64,000 nucleotides of DNA from Cyanophyceae cyanobacterium (GTDB taxonomy: Bacteria > Cyanobacteriota > Cyanobacteriia > Cyanobacteriales > JBHJGN01): NCBI GenBank assembly GCA_050331735.1, contig JBHJGN010000022.1:32001-96000 (forward strand), in the 5' to 3' direction. How positions within the stretch are numbered: position 1 is the stretch's first letter; each line of letters opens with the position of its first letter. The position numbers were made by a program, and so were the translations under genes. Shown here piece by piece: positions 28,389 to 39,390 of this stretch. Under the pieces are notes generated by a model. It was not told where the DNA came from, did not search any database, and saw only the letters and a program-made list of their open reading frames with translations.

Positions 28389-30236
28389 ATGGAATATCAA
28401 CCCATCGAGAATTACGGCATTATTGGCAATATGCATACCACGGCTCTGGTGGGGAAAAATGGCTCGATCGACTGGTTTTGTTTTCCGAGGCATGACTCTC
28501 CTAGCGTGTTTGCGGCACTCCTTGACAAGCGCCAGGGGGGGCACTTCCAGATTACTTCTGCCATGGAAGACGTGACGCACAAGCAGTTTTACTGGCCCGA
28601 AACCAATGTGTTAGTCACCCGCTTTCTGTCTTCCTGTGGCGTCGGCGATATTATCGATTTTATGCCCGTTGGTAAAGCAGCCCAGGAGCGAGGACATCAC
28701 TGGCTGGTGCGCCAGGTGAGGGGGATTCGCTGCCGTATGACCTTCCGCCTGGAGTGCTACCCTGCCTTTAACTATGCTCAAGACAGGCATCGCACCACCG
28801 TCACGGCTAACGGAGCCTGCTTTGTCTCCTCTGAACTCAGCCTTGCTCTGGTGACTGACGTTCCCCTCCAGCAGGACGAGGGCGGGGTGTGGGCCGAATT
28901 TACCCTAGAGGCAGGGCAGACTGCCGTTTTTGTGCTGCGGGAAGTCGAACCCGATGCAGGCTGCGGTCTTCCTCTCCATCACGAAGAAGCGATCGCTCTG
29001 TTTGAAAATACCGTTGCCTACTGGCGGCGGTGGCTTTCTCAATGCACCTATAAAGGACGCTGGCGGGAAATTGTGGAACGCTCCGCTTTAGTGTTGAAGC
29101 TGCTGACTTACGCACCCACCGGAGCTATTGTTGCGGCTCCAACCTGCGGATTGCCCGAGGAACTCGGTGGCGAACGCAACTGGGACTATCGCTATACCTG
29201 GCTGCGGGATGCGGCCTTTACCCTCTATGGGTTGTTGCGGATCGGATTTACCGAAGAAGCGGCTCAGTTTATGGGCTGGCTGGAAGCTCGCTGTCACGAG
29301 ATGGACGCTGACGGAGCGCTGCAAATTATGTACAGCATCGAGGGTCAGCACGAACTCACAGAAGAAATTTTAGACCACCTAGAAGGCTATCAAGGCTCGG
29401 CTCCAGTACGAATTGGCAATGGAGCCTATGACCAGCTCCAGCTCGATATTTACGGCGAGCTGATGGACTCGGTGTATCTCTATAACAAGCATGGTGCGCC
29501 GATTTCCTACGAGCTGTGGACCTATCTGCGGCGCTTGGTTAATTGGGTGTGCGACAACTGGCAGCGTCCTGATGAGGGAATTTGGGAAACCCGAGGCGGA
29601 CAAAAACAGTTTGTCTACTCAAAACTAATGTGTTGGGTCGCCCTGGACCGGGGGCTGCGTCTGGCGGATAAGCGCTCGTTTCCAGCGGAGCGGGAAAAAT
29701 GGATACAGGTGCGCGATCGCATCTATGAAGAAGTGATGGAAAAAGGCTGGAGCCAAGAGCGACGAGCCTTTGTGCAGCACTACGACTGCCAGACCCTCGA
29801 CGCGAGTACTCTAATTATGTCGCTGGTATTTTTTATGGCACCAAGCGATCCGCGCATGCTCAAAACCCTCGATTCGATCATGCGATCGCCTGAACGAGGC
29901 GGTCTGCTGTCTAACAGTCTCGTCTATCGATATAGCGCAGCAGATTCGAGCGATGGCCTTTCCGGTCAGGAAGGAACCTTTAACCTGTGTACCTTTTGGC
30001 TCGTTGAGGCTCTGACTCGGGCAGGACGAGATAACCCCGAGCACCTGGACCAAGCCCGACTCATTTTTGAAGAGATGTTGAGCTACGCCAATCATTTAGG
30101 ACTTTACGCCGAAGAGACTGGGGCCAGTGGCGAAGCGTTGGGTAACTTTCCCCAAGCCTTTACGCATCTATCTTTAATCAGTGCCGCCTGGAATCTGAAT
30201 CGAGCGATCGAGGAAACTCATCCTCACTCTATGTAG
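28389..30236 (+). CDS. Glycoside hydrolase family 15 (glucoamylase/trehalase-like)
   Basis: [37 protein letters not shown] and [10 protein letters not shown] motifs; start at ATG 28389 (the upstream extension is repeat-derived). Confidence 0.93.
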   Translation: MEYQPIENYGIIGNMHTTALVGKNGSIDWFCFPRHDSPSVFAALLDKRQGGHFQITSAMEDVTHKQFYWPETNVLVTRFLSSCGVGDIIDFMPVGKAAQERGHHWLVRQVRGIRCRMTFRLECYPAFNYAQDRHRTTVTANGACFVSSELSLALVTDVPLQQDEGGVWAEFTLEAGQTAVFVLREVEPDAGCGLPLHHEEAIALFENTVAYWRRWLSQCTYKGRWREIVERSALVLKLLTYAPTGAIVAAPTCGLPEELGGERNWDYRYTWLRDAAFTLYGLLRIGFTEEAAQFMGWLEARCHEMDADGALQIMYSIEGQHELTEEILDHLEGYQGSAPVRIGNGAYDQLQLDIYGELMDSVYLYNKHGAPISYELWTYLRRLVNWVCDNWQRPDEGIWETRGGQKQFVYSKLMCWVALDRGLRLADKRSFPAEREKWIQVRDRIYEEVMEKGWSQERRAFVQHYDCQTLDASTLIMSLVFFMAPSDPRMLKTLDSIMRSPERGGLLSNSLVYRYSAADSSDGLSGQEGTFNLCTFWLVEALTRAGRDNPEHLDQARLIFEEMLSYANHLGLYAEETGASGEALGNFPQAFTHLSLISAAWNLNRAIEETHPHSM

Positions 30237-30249
30237 CTTGAACCGCCAC

Positions 30250-30370
30250 AGGCGCAGGGAAGGGGGAAAGCAGCTTGCGCTGCGGGCCAAGGGGAAGGGG
30301 GAAAGGGGAATAAATTAGCTTGTTCCTTAATTAAGTGTTCTTTCCCCGTCGCGGACGCGACAATCTCCCC
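30250..30370. repeat. Inverted copy of the 28216-28318 repeat
   Basis: Reverse complement of 30257-30350 matches 28216-28318 apart from two 1-nt indels and one heptamer indel. Confidence 0.9.
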
Positions 30371-30372
30371 TA

Positions 30373-30855
30373 TCAGGAAGTTCCAAACTTGGTGAGCCAT
30401 TCTTCCCGCGAAATCTGCCCCTGTTTATGAGAAATGGGGGTCACTTTATGTTGCTGTGGCTGACGGCGGAAGCTGGCTTTCGACTGGCTTTTCCGCCACA
30501 GGTCGCGTCCTAGGCCAAATTTAGAGCAGCAGCGTCTTAAACACTGCGCCTCGACGTTGGTGGTGGGTGAGCCGTAGTTGCTCGTATCGATATTTTCATC
30601 TCCGGTCGCCTGACGAGAGAGACGGCGATCGCTGCCAATCACGGTTAATTCCCATGTCTGCGTTAGCTTATTGCCAATTTGCTGACAGTCGATCTGCTTC
30701 CACTCCCAGCCATCGATACCGCAGCGCTCGTCGAGGAGATCGCACAACACATACCAGGAAACATAACTAATATCCGTCCCGCTGAGTCTTTTGGTACTCA
30801 GAGAACGATTGGGAATGGGGTGGTGAAGTCGTTCGAGGATTTCGGCGAGTTGCAT
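30373..30855 (-). CDS. Rad52/Rad22-family single-strand annealing protein
   Basis: YVSW...LLDE..G..GWEW, RQATG.E and EAQCLRRCCSKFGLGRDLW match the Rad52/Sak fold pattern; ATG at 30855. Confidence 0.75.
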   Translation of the reverse strand: MQLAEILERLHHPIPNRSLSTKRLSGTDISYVSWYVLCDLLDERCGIDGWEWKQIDCQQIGNKLTQTWELTVIGSDRRLSRQATGDENIDTSNYGSPTTNVEAQCLRRCCSKFGLGRDLWRKSQSKASFRRQPQQHKVTPISHKQGQISREEWLTKFGTS

Positions 30856-30920
30856 ACGGATTCTGCCCAAACAGTCAAGTTTTTCCAAGTATCGGCTTCT
30901 CAAATAAAAAGCCTTGTTTA

Positions 30921-30936
30921 TAGTATATATGTACTA
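30921..30936. promoter_or_regulatory. Putative cyanobacterial LexA (SOS) box
   Basis: TAGTATATATGTACTA near-palindrome, one mismatch to RGTACNNNDGTWCB; overlaps a TATACT -10-like hexamer on the minus strand upstream of the Rad52-like gene. Confidence 0.55.
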
Positions 30937-30954
30937 CTGCTTGACTGCTTCCCG

Positions 30955-31830
30955 TTAGTCACCAAGCGTTTCCAACCAAACCTGTAAATCAGCCAGGCTG
31001 CTAAAGTCGAGCAGGGCTTCGCCCAGTTTTTCTAACTGCTCTAAAGACAAAGCTTCCACTTGCTGACGGACTTTCTGGGGTAATTCTCCGACCCGTCGAG
31101 TGAGTAATCGGAAAATGAGCGATCGCTCTCCCTCTTGTCGTCCCTCTTGTCGTCCCTCTTGTCGTCCTTCTTCGCGTCCCTCTTGCTTAATTTCCCGGTA
31201 GACTTTGGTTTCCTTTAGAGTAATTCCTAGCATTTGTTCCACTTCCCGCTGATTTAAGCGCTCGAACTTATAGATAATGATCGTCGTTATTAGCTCTATG
31301 ATGGCACGACTAACAGCTTCGGGCTGTTCAGCCGAGGAACGCTCTAGCAAATATCTGGCTTCCTCTACTGCTTGGCTTTCCTCTACCGTAGTCAGCATCA
31401 ACAGCGCGACCCACACAGGTAATTGACGGATATTCCCTAACTCGTCTAGATAAATGCGATGAAATTGTGGGCTGCGGAGTAATCCCCGATGGGGGTAAAG
31501 ATCATTTTGTTCGATATTGCGGGAAGGATAAATGATAACGGCTTGCCAATCGCTAAATCGGTCCCGGTTCCGGTAGAAATATAAGGAGGATTCTGCCCAT
31601 ACTCTTTCATACAGCCTTTCATCCTTCTGGAACTGGACCTCACAAAAATAGACGACCCCCGGCTCTGTTTCCGGTGGCAGGAATACTCCATCGATTTCAA
31701 ATTTGGGTTCTTTGATAGCGACGCATTCAAATCTGTATTGAGAAGCATTTTCTGGAGGATTAGCTAATAGTTCAAAGAGTAAAGCGGGGTATTGTTGAAA
31801 GAGTTTGTAAAAGATTGAATCTCGACGCAC
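30955..31830 (-). CDS. Rpn family recombination-promoting nuclease-like protein (DUF2887 plus DUF4351)
   Basis: MRRDSIFYKLF, IDGVFLP, FCEVQFQKD, (Q/E)EGR repeats and the C-terminal LEKLGEALLDF...L..WL. Confidence 0.85.
   Translation of the reverse strand: MRRDSIFYKLFQQYPALLFELLANPPENASQYRFECVAIKEPKFEIDGVFLPPETEPGVVYFCEVQFQKDERLYERVWAESSLYFYRNRDRFSDWQAVIIYPSRNIEQNDLYPHRGLLRSPQFHRIYLDELGNIRQLPVWVALLMLTTVEESQAVEEARYLLERSSAEQPEAVSRAIIELITTIIIYKFERLNQREVEQMLGITLKETKVYREIKQEGREEGRQEGRQEGRQEGERSLIFRLLTRRVGELPQKVRQQVEALSLEQLEKLGEALLDFSSLADLQVWLETLGD
31129..31185 (-). repeat. 12-bp coding tandem repeat ((Q/E)EGR)n
   Basis: TCCCTCTTGTCG units inside the Rpn gene. Confidence 0.8.
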
Positions 31831-32100
31831 GAAGTAGCTTATCTGCTTTTTGATGTGTTATCTATAGTGTCAGTGTCTAGCAAAACAGAAAAAATATCAA
31901 TTTGACCAAGCGACTAGCAAACTGTTCAAGTTAGTCCTGCAAGCAGAGAATTGTTTGGCAGATAAGAGACTTGCCCCTGTTAGTCAAGCAAATTCTGCTG
32001 GAAGAAAGCGAAACCATGTCAAAAGCACAGACAAAACTCATACTCCCCGTCCTCAATAGAGCAGGAAGTATGAGGTAGGATTTTAGACAGAAGCTAGTCG

Positions 32101-34128
32101 TTAGCCTAACAACTTTTGAGCTTGGGAGAGGATGTTATCCACCGTAAACCCAAATTGTTCCATGACGACGCTTTGCGGTGCAGAAGCCCCGAAGCGATCA
32201 AGACCAATAATAGCACCTTCATCGCTCACGTAGCGACACCAGCCGATAGTAGTTCCGGCTTCAATAGCGATCCGCTTTTTGACTGCTTTAGGAAGGACAC
32301 TTTCTTTGTACTCTTCGCCTTGGGCTTCAAAGAGTTCCCAACTAGGCATCGAAACCACCCGGACTTTTTTGCCCTGCGATCGCAGAATGTCGGCGGCTTC
32401 CACACAAAGCTGCACTTCCGAGCCAGTACCGATGAGGATGAGCTCAATTTCTTCAGGAGCATTGCCGCAGGAGAGGACGTAGGCTCCTTTGGTGGCATTT
32501 TCGATCGAACTGCCCGCTAAATTTGGTAGGTTCTGACGGCTCAGCGCGAGGAGAGTCGGAGCATGACGACGCTCGATGGCGACTTTGTAAGCCCCGGAGG
32601 TTTCATTGCCATCGGCAGGACGAATCACAACCAGGTCGGGAATCGCTCTTAAAGTCAGGATTTGCTCGATGGGTTGGTGAGTCGGTCCATCTTCGCCAAC
32701 GGCAATGGAATCGTGGGTCATAATCCAGATCACGCCTGCCTGGGAGAGGGCAGATAACCGAATCGGGTTGCGCATGTAGTCGGAGAAGATGAGGAAGGTC
32801 GCACCGTAGGGAATAAGGCCAGAATTGTGTAAACTGAGGGCATTACAAATAGCTCCCATGCCGTGTTCGCGGACGCCAAAGCGGAGGTTGCGATTCTCGT
32901 AGGCATCTTTTTGAAAGTCTCCAGAAGACTTCAGCAAAGTTTTATTGGACGGAGCTAAGTCGGCAGAACCGCCAATCAGTTCCGGCAACACGCCAGCAAG
33001 GGCATTGAGGACGATTCCAGAGTGGTTGCGGGTTGAATTGCCCTTTTCTTCCGGGGTGTAGCTGGGAAGCACCTTGTCCCACCCTTCCGGTAAGGTACCG
33101 CTGATCATACGCTCGAAGAGAGCCGCCGCTTCGGGATATTCTGACTGATAACGACGAAAGCGCTGGTTCCACTCCTGTTCTGCTTCAGCGCCGCGCTCAA
33201 CGGCTTGGCGGAAGCGAGCGAGCGCGTCTTCCGGAACGTGGAATTCTGGGTAAGACCAGCCCAGGTTCTCGCGAGTCGCTTGCCGTTCTTCATCTCCTAG
33301 CGGCGAACCGTGTACGCCGTGGGTGTTGGCTTTGTTGGGGGAACCGTACCCAATGGTTGTGGTTACTTTAATCAGTGACGGCTTATCGGTGACGGCTTTA
33401 GCAGCCGCAATGGCTTTGGCAATGGCCTCAACATCGGTGTTGCCGTTCTCGACATGCTGAACGTGCCAGCCGTAGGCTTCATAGCGTTTGCCGACATCTT
33501 CCGTAAAGGCGAGATCGGTCGAGCCATCGATGGAGATATGATTATCGTCGTAGAGAGCAATCAGCTTGCCTAACCCGAGGTGTCCGGCTAAAGAACAGGC
33601 TTCGCCGGAAATTCCCTCCATATTGCACCCATCGCCTAAAATCACATAGGTGTAATGGTCTACGAGGGTGACATCCGGTTTATTAAACATCGCGGCTAGG
33701 TGAGCTTCTGCCATTGCTAAACCGACACCGTTGGCAATGCCCTGTCCGAGGGGACCAGTGGTTACTTCAATGCCTTTTGTAATATGATTTTCGGGATGAC
33801 CGGGAGTTTGAGAGCCCCACTGGCGAAACTGCTTGAGGTCTTCGATGCCGACGCTCTCGTACCCGGTTAAATAGAGAAGGGCGTAGTGCAATAAGCAACC
33901 ATGTCCGGCAGACAGCACAAAGCGATCGCGGTTCGCCCACTGAGGATTTTTGGGATTGTACCGCATAAACTGATCCCAAAGCACAAACGCCATTGGAGCC
34001 GCCCCCATCGGCAGACCGGGATGACCAGAGTTAGATTTTTGGACGGCATCAATCGCGAGAAAGCGAATGGAATTGATGCACAATTCATCGATCGATTGAT
34101 TGGTAGTAACTGGGGTAGTAGTGACCAT
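32101..34128 (-). CDS. tkt: Transketolase
   Basis: [33 protein letters not shown] and [16 protein letters not shown] motifs. Confidence 0.97.
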   Translation of the reverse strand: MVTTTPVTTNQSIDELCINSIRFLAIDAVQKSNSGHPGLPMGAAPMAFVLWDQFMRYNPKNPQWANRDRFVLSAGHGCLLHYALLYLTGYESVGIEDLKQFRQWGSQTPGHPENHITKGIEVTTGPLGQGIANGVGLAMAEAHLAAMFNKPDVTLVDHYTYVILGDGCNMEGISGEACSLAGHLGLGKLIALYDDNHISIDGSTDLAFTEDVGKRYEAYGWHVQHVENGNTDVEAIAKAIAAAKAVTDKPSLIKVTTTIGYGSPNKANTHGVHGSPLGDEERQATRENLGWSYPEFHVPEDALARFRQAVERGAEAEQEWNQRFRRYQSEYPEAAALFERMISGTLPEGWDKVLPSYTPEEKGNSTRNHSGIVLNALAGVLPELIGGSADLAPSNKTLLKSSGDFQKDAYENRNLRFGVREHGMGAICNALSLHNSGLIPYGATFLIFSDYMRNPIRLSALSQAGVIWIMTHDSIAVGEDGPTHQPIEQILTLRAIPDLVVIRPADGNETSGAYKVAIERRHAPTLLALSRQNLPNLAGSSIENATKGAYVLSCGNAPEEIELILIGTGSEVQLCVEAADILRSQGKKVRVVSMPSWELFEAQGEEYKESVLPKAVKKRIAIEAGTTIGWCRYVSDEGAIIGLDRFGASAPQSVVMEQFGFTVDNILSQAQKLLG

Positions 34129-34559
34129 AGTTTGTGAGTTAATAAGTAATATTGAACACATGAAAGCTCAAAGCTTTCGGTAAATTTTTACTGAGAACTA
34201 AACCATCAATAAAAATCTTTAAGTAAGCGTTTTGTTGCAGGCAAAAATATCCCGGGTAGTTTTTGTACGATCAATTTTGGAAATCTTTCAGACTTCATTC
34301 TCAAAACAGCTTGAGCGAACAATAGGCCCAAATGGATTTCAGCTAGCTAACAGTTAAATTTATTCCAATTCTCTTTGTGAAAACGTTAAAGGCTGTCGTC
34401 AAAAATACTATTTAAGCCCTTGCAAAAGTCTAGTGGCAGTAGCAGCGCCTCAGAGGAACAATTAACAACAACCACAGTGCTAGCGATCGCTATTACATTA
34501 CCTCAACTCATTTTTACTTAGCCATGAAAGTTTGGGAATTTAAGGAAAATGAAAGTTAG

Positions 34560-36200
34560 TTAATCATGAAGTGAAGCTGTCCACTGCACAGCTAGCAGAG
34601 TCATATCGTCAAACTGTTCCGCTTGACCTGTATGAGTAAAAACGCTAGCCGCAATGCGCTCGAGTAAGGCAGCAGCAGAAGCTGTCGGCAGGTTGATTAC
34701 CCCTAGCAGACGCTCTCTGGTGTAGAATGCGCCATTGGCAGCGCGAGCTTCTGGAATGCCATCTGTATAGCCCACTAGGGTTTCTCCTGGCTGGAGAGAA
34801 GAGCTGCGAATTTCAAAAGCTTGACCCGCAAACATGCCCACAGCCGGTCCAGTAGAGTGGAGAGTTTCTCTAACTTGGCCCTGAGCACCCAGAATTGCAA
34901 GAGATTCGTGTCCCCCATTAATGTAGGTCACTGAACCAGTAGCCGGATCTAAGACCCCAAAAAAGAGCGTAGCGAACATGCCTAGGCTACCGTGATGTTC
35001 GGCGATGTAGTCATTCGTGAGAGCAACTGCCTGCAAAGCTCGGCACTGATGCTCTAGAGCGGGAGGAACCGCTACCTCTACGGTACTTCCTTGTTCAGGC
35101 TCCATCGCGTATATCCGAATCAGGCTGCGAAATAGAGCCATAAACAGGGCAGCGCCTACCCCTTTCCCACAAACATCGGCAATGACTAAACCAAGATATC
35201 CGTCTGGAAGCTCGAAAACGTCATAAAAATCTCCGGATACCTGACGAGCCGGTTTAAAGAAAGTAGCAATTTCCCAGCGCTGCTTGTCGAGCAACAGACA
35301 GTTAATCGCCTCAGCAGGAGGCAGAAAATTTTGCTGCATCTGTCTTCCTTCTTGAAGCTCAGCGTCGAGCTTTTCTGAATATTGTTGCAGTTGAGCTAAA
35401 CTTTCCTGAAGAGCCGATTCTGCCAATTTGCGCTTTTGAATAGCTTCTGTAATCCGCTCAAACATTTGCTCAAAGGCAACAATCACGTCTCCCAACTCAT
35501 CATTGCGCTTGAGGGTAGCCGAGCGAAACAGAGGCGGAGCACAGTCTTGGCTGACTGCGACTCCCGCTTTAATCAAGTCTCGTTTTAACTGTAGAACAGG
35601 TTGAATAACAATTGGTTCTAGCGCTAGCCTCAGCGTTAAAGTCGTAACAGCAGCAATAATAGTCACTAAACCAAGAATACGGAGGGCGTAGCTGTAAAGC
35701 TCGCTGTTAATTGATGAAGCATCGTGGCAAAGAACCAGCGTGTAGTCTCCGAGCTGCTGATTCTCTATTTCAATCGGTAGCTCCGAAACTTTCCACGCTT
35801 TGTCATAGCGAGACTCCTGATACAGTTGGCGCTGGTGAGCCCCCTCTAGCTGAGCTAGCAGACGTTCGGGCATCTCCCCAAATTCCCCTACTAATTTTCC
35901 GTCTGGAGTATAAATAGCTCCCCCTAAAATTTGAGGACTCACCTGTTGCAGTTGTTGGAATCGAGCGAGCAATTCTTCAGGAGTCGCCTGCTCCATATCT
36001 TGCAGTACCCAGGTTAATTTTCCTTCGGTCACGCTTCTGATCTGGGAAAGCAGCTCTTGTTTTTTTCGCCCCAGGGAAGGAATCAGCAAAATCCCTTCAA
36101 CGGCAAACAGGCTCATAAACAACAGCAGCACGATCTGCCGAGACAGACGCGATCGCCAAGAAAAGTTAAACGAATTAAAAACTCTGTTTCTGACGGACAT
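34560..36200 (-). CDS. Membrane-bound HAMP-PP2C (SpoIIE/RsbU/IcfG-like) phosphatase
   Basis: Two TM helices, HAMP (DELGD), VSGDFYD, IADVCGKGVGAA, YTDGIPEA and DDMTL motifs; ATG 36200 preferred because the upstream extension is repeat-derived. Confidence 0.9.
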   Translation of the reverse strand: MSVRNRVFNSFNFSWRSRLSRQIVLLLFMSLFAVEGILLIPSLGRKKQELLSQIRSVTEGKLTWVLQDMEQATPEELLARFQQLQQVSPQILGGAIYTPDGKLVGEFGEMPERLLAQLEGAHQRQLYQESRYDKAWKVSELPIEIENQQLGDYTLVLCHDASSINSELYSYALRILGLVTIIAAVTTLTLRLALEPIVIQPVLQLKRDLIKAGVAVSQDCAPPLFRSATLKRNDELGDVIVAFEQMFERITEAIQKRKLAESALQESLAQLQQYSEKLDAELQEGRQMQQNFLPPAEAINCLLLDKQRWEIATFFKPARQVSGDFYDVFELPDGYLGLVIADVCGKGVGAALFMALFRSLIRIYAMEPEQGSTVEVAVPPALEHQCRALQAVALTNDYIAEHHGSLGMFATLFFGVLDPATGSVTYINGGHESLAILGAQGQVRETLHSTGPAVGMFAGQAFEIRSSSLQPGETLVGYTDGIPEARAANGAFYTRERLLGVINLPTASAAALLERIAASVFTHTGQAEQFDDMTLLAVQWTASLHD

Positions 36201-36228
36201 AGTTTTACTAGCCCTAGTATCTAAAGAA

Positions 36229-36502
36229 GGGAAAGCAACCCAGGCGCAGGGAAAAGGGCAAAGGGTAAGGGGGAAGCGCCAGACGCTAACGCGTTTACGC
36301 CGTTCTTCCGCAGGAAGCACGGCGCAGGGAAAAGGGGAAAGGGTAAAGGTAAAAGGGAGAACTTAACAGTTATCAAATTAGCTAGTTAGCTTGATCGCTA
36401 ATCACTGTTTCCCCTTTCCCCGTCTCGCAGAGACAGTTTCCCCTTTCCCCGTCCCGTAGGGACAATTTTCCCTTTCCCCGTCCCGTAGGGACAATTTCCC
36501 CA
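36229..36502. repeat. Composite heptamer / mini-hairpin repeat with three tandem 29-bp units (36408-36494)
   Basis: TTTCCCCTTTCCCC-GTCYC-GYA-GRGAC-AR units; also CTTCCGCAGGAAG. Confidence 0.85.
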
Positions 36503-36906
36503 TCTCCTAGGGCTTTGACTAAAAGATTGCGGTTTCGCTGGCTGACTCGCTGATATTCCAACCGGTCGAGATTTTGAGTCGCTAAATAAATTCCCAAGCC
36601 GCCAATCGCGCGCTGTTCTAAGGGCTGATCCAGCGTATCTGGTACATACTGAGTCGGATCAAAAGGTGCGCCAGTATCTTCTAGAACAATGGTGAGAGTT
36701 TCTTCAGTCAAGAAGGCTTGGCAAGTAATATTTCCTGTAGCTCCTTGATAGCTGTGCATCACCACATTAGTCGCAATTTCATCGACGGCTAAACGCAGTT
36801 GATAAGCCTTTTTTGGCTCCAATCCAGCTTCTTGGGCCGCCGCTTTGACATACTGGGCGATCGCCCTTAAAGACTCCAGCGTACCACTGACGACCAAAGG
36901 ATTCAT
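36382..36906 (-). CDS. RsbW/SpoIIAB-like anti-sigma Ser kinase with a repeat-derived C-terminal extension
   Basis: LAVDEIATNVVMH (N box), LEDTGAPFDP and GGLGIYL motifs. Confidence 0.88.
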   Translation of the reverse strand: MNPLVVSGTLESLRAIAQYVKAAAQEAGLEPKKAYQLRLAVDEIATNVVMHSYQGATGNITCQAFLTEETLTIVLEDTGAPFDPTQYVPDTLDQPLEQRAIGGLGIYLATQNLDRLEYQRVSQRNRNLLVKALGDGEIVPTGRGKGKLSLRDGERGNCLCETGKGETVISDQAN

Positions 36907-37223
36907 AGTACCGCCTCATTCTTGAGAACGATACTGTGATGAAAACCCGTTTGCTTGATCGTGTAGATCACCATTTCCGGCGCGTCCACAATGGTGAGCT
37001 CAACCTGGCTGCCCATTTTCTGCTTAGCGAAAATGAGGACTCGTAAACCAGCAGAAGCCATGTATTCCAAATCTCTCATGATCAAAACTAGGCGTTTTAA
37101 AGAATGGTGTGCCGCTTCCTCAATCTTTTGCTTGAATAGAGGAGCGCCAGCGGCATCGAGTTCTCCTGATAGAGTGATTTCAGCCGTATTGTCAGTGTGT
37201 TTGAGAGTTGCGTTGAAAGACAT
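36903..37223 (-). CDS. STAS anti-anti-sigma factor (RsbV-like)
   Basis: LSGELDA and YMASAGLRVL (phospho-Ser retained); 4-nt overlap with the kinase gene. Confidence 0.9.
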   Translation of the reverse strand: MSFNATLKHTDNTAEITLSGELDAAGAPLFKQKIEEAAHHSLKRLVLIMRDLEYMASAGLRVLIFAKQKMGSQVELTIVDAPEMVIYTIKQTGFHHSIVLKNEAVL

Positions 37224-37272
37224 CGGTAGCTAGGTGTAAACTAACAGAAATTCAAAATTTAGGTCTTCTCCT

Positions 37273-39390
37273 TTAGCGACCAACCAGAATGATCGTCGAG
37301 CGATCGCCCACTAAGATGTTCTGTTGATCGGGCAGTTTTGGTTCGTGTCCCGGGGGCCAACTATCTTCCGGAGGCTGGCAGCCAGTATTGGCAGAGACGT
37401 GCCACTGCAACCCGATTGGCAACTGCGGCAGTTCAAAATTGAGGGCGTGAGCGTACATATTCATCGCCACGTAAATATAATTGTCAGCACTTCCTCCTTG
37501 AGCGTGTTTGCCGTCTAGAAGGAACGCTAAAGTCCGACTAGAGTGGGACCAATCAGCGATCCAGGCTCGGGTTCCATGCCAAGTAATATCGGCATAGCCG
37601 CTTTCGGCGGTATCTCGATTCTGGAAGTGCCAGCGGTTGCGGAGAACTGCATGAGCTTTACGAAAGGCAATGCGGTGCTTGACGAAGCGGAAAAAATCAG
37701 CGTTTTCTTCTAACAGGGTCCAGTCGAGCCAATTCAGTTCGTTGTCGTGGCAATAGGTGTTGTTATTTCCCTGCTGGGAGCGCCCTAGTTCATCGCCCAT
37801 CAGCAGCATCGGGACTCCTTGACTAACCATGAGGATGGCGATCGCATTGCGCCGCTGCCGATTCCGCAGGGCATTAATGTGAGGATCGGTTGTCTCTCCC
37901 TCTACGCCACAGTTCCAGCTATAGTTGTCGTTGGCTCCGTCGTTGTTGTTTTCGCCGTTGGCCTCGTTGTGCTTCTCGCTGTAGGCAAACAGATCGGCCA
38001 GAGTAAAGCCATCGTGGGCCGTGATAAAGTTGATTGAGGTAGCCGGAGGGCGATCAGCGTGGCGATAGAGATCGGGAGACCCCTGCAATCGCTGTGCCAT
38101 ATCTCCTACGTTGCCGTCGCCTTTGAGAAACTGCCGGATGCTGTCGCGGAATTTACCGTTCCATTCTGCCCACCGCCCGTAGCTCGGAAATGAGCCAACC
38201 TGATACAGTCCTCCGGCGTCCCAGGCTTCCGCGATTAGTCGGCACTTTCCTAAAATGGGGTCAAAAGCAAGGGTTTCTAGCAGCGGTGGATTAGCCAGCG
38301 GTGCGCCCCAGGGATCGCGTCCGAGAATAGCAGCAGCATCAAAGCGAAATCCATCGACGTGGTACTCGCTGACCCAGTAGCGCAGGCAGTCTAGCACCAC
38401 ACCGCGCACCACTGGATTATTGCAGTTGAGGGTATTACCACAGCCGCTGAAGTTGTAGTAGTACCCTTCTGGGGTCAGCATGTAGTAAGTGTTGTTGTCA
38501 ATGCCGCGAAAAGAGATGTAGGGACCGCGCTCGTCGCCTTCGGCGGTGTGATTAAACACCACATCCAAAATGACCTCGATGCCGTTTTTGTGCAGCTCTT
38601 TGACCAGAGTTTTGAGCTCATCCATCTGCATTCCCCACCTGCCTGTAGCCGCATAGCCTGCTTTAGGCGCAAAAAAGCCAACGGGGCTGTAGCCCCAGTA
38701 ATTCATAAGCTGTTCCCCGGTGAGGGGGTTGGGACGAGAATGTTCAAACTCGTCAAATTCAAAAATTGGCAGCAACTCTACCGCATTAACTCCCAATTCT
38801 TTGAGGTAGGAAATTTTCTCGCGAACCCCGTCAAAAGTTCCTGGATGTTTGACCTGGGAGGAAGGATGATGAGTGAAGCCCCGCACGTGCATTTCGTAAA
38901 TGATTTGTTCTTCGGGTGAAGTTTCAAGCGGACAATCCCCTTCCCAGTCAAAGTCGTCGATGGCGATTTGGGCCCGATACTGATAATTGTTGTCCCAGTC
39001 TGGAGTAATTCCCCAAATATCCCGACCGCTGATGAGGCGGGCATAGGGATCGAGCAGGATTTTGTCGGAGTCAAATCTCTGACCCTGCTGAGGATGGAAC
39101 AGTCCCTCAAAACGATAGCCGTACTCCAGGTTTTCGTAGTCCAAACCGAAGACAACCATACTGTAAACGTTCCCCATCCGAAACTCTTTGGGGAAAGGCA
39201 GTTCAGCCATCGGTTGAGCAGCGCCCTTCTCGAACAGCACTAAGGTGCAGGCAGTGGCACAGGCCGAAAAAATCGAGAAATTGATTCCATCCGGGACGAG
39301 GGTAGCACCGAATGGAAACGGCTTTCCGGGACGCACCTGAAAGTTACCAAGCTGATGAGTTGAATAAAGATCGATGCGCTCAATTAACAT
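37273..39390 (-). CDS. glgX: Glycogen debranching enzyme / isoamylase
   Basis: PFGAT, NYWGY, DVVFNHTAEG, DGFRFD, IAEAWD and NFITAHDGFTL motifs. Confidence 0.95.
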   Translation of the reverse strand: MLIERIDLYSTHQLGNFQVRPGKPFPFGATLVPDGINFSIFSACATACTLVLFEKGAAQPMAELPFPKEFRMGNVYSMVVFGLDYENLEYGYRFEGLFHPQQGQRFDSDKILLDPYARLISGRDIWGITPDWDNNYQYRAQIAIDDFDWEGDCPLETSPEEQIIYEMHVRGFTHHPSSQVKHPGTFDGVREKISYLKELGVNAVELLPIFEFDEFEHSRPNPLTGEQLMNYWGYSPVGFFAPKAGYAATGRWGMQMDELKTLVKELHKNGIEVILDVVFNHTAEGDERGPYISFRGIDNNTYYMLTPEGYYYNFSGCGNTLNCNNPVVRGVVLDCLRYWVSEYHVDGFRFDAAAILGRDPWGAPLANPPLLETLAFDPILGKCRLIAEAWDAGGLYQVGSFPSYGRWAEWNGKFRDSIRQFLKGDGNVGDMAQRLQGSPDLYRHADRPPATSINFITAHDGFTLADLFAYSEKHNEANGENNNDGANDNYSWNCGVEGETTDPHINALRNRQRRNAIAILMVSQGVPMLLMGDELGRSQQGNNNTYCHDNELNWLDWTLLEENADFFRFVKHRIAFRKAHAVLRNRWHFQNRDTAESGYADITWHGTRAWIADWSHSSRTLAFLLDGKHAQGGSADNYIYVAMNMYAHALNFELPQLPIGLQWHVSANTGCQPPEDSWPPGHEPKLPDQQNILVGDRSTIILVGR

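Noticed and set aside
30955..31830. Rpn gene as an active transposon
   Set aside because: No terminal repeats or target duplication were seen around it, and the family is not shown to transpose.
36201..36320. N-terminal extension of the PP2C ORF
   Set aside because: It derives from heptamer/hairpin repeat sequence; ATG 36200 is more plausible.
36408..36494. Three 29-bp palindromic direct repeats resembling a CRISPR array
   Set aside because: The units abut with no spacers, no cas genes are present, and they belong to the dispersed repeat family.
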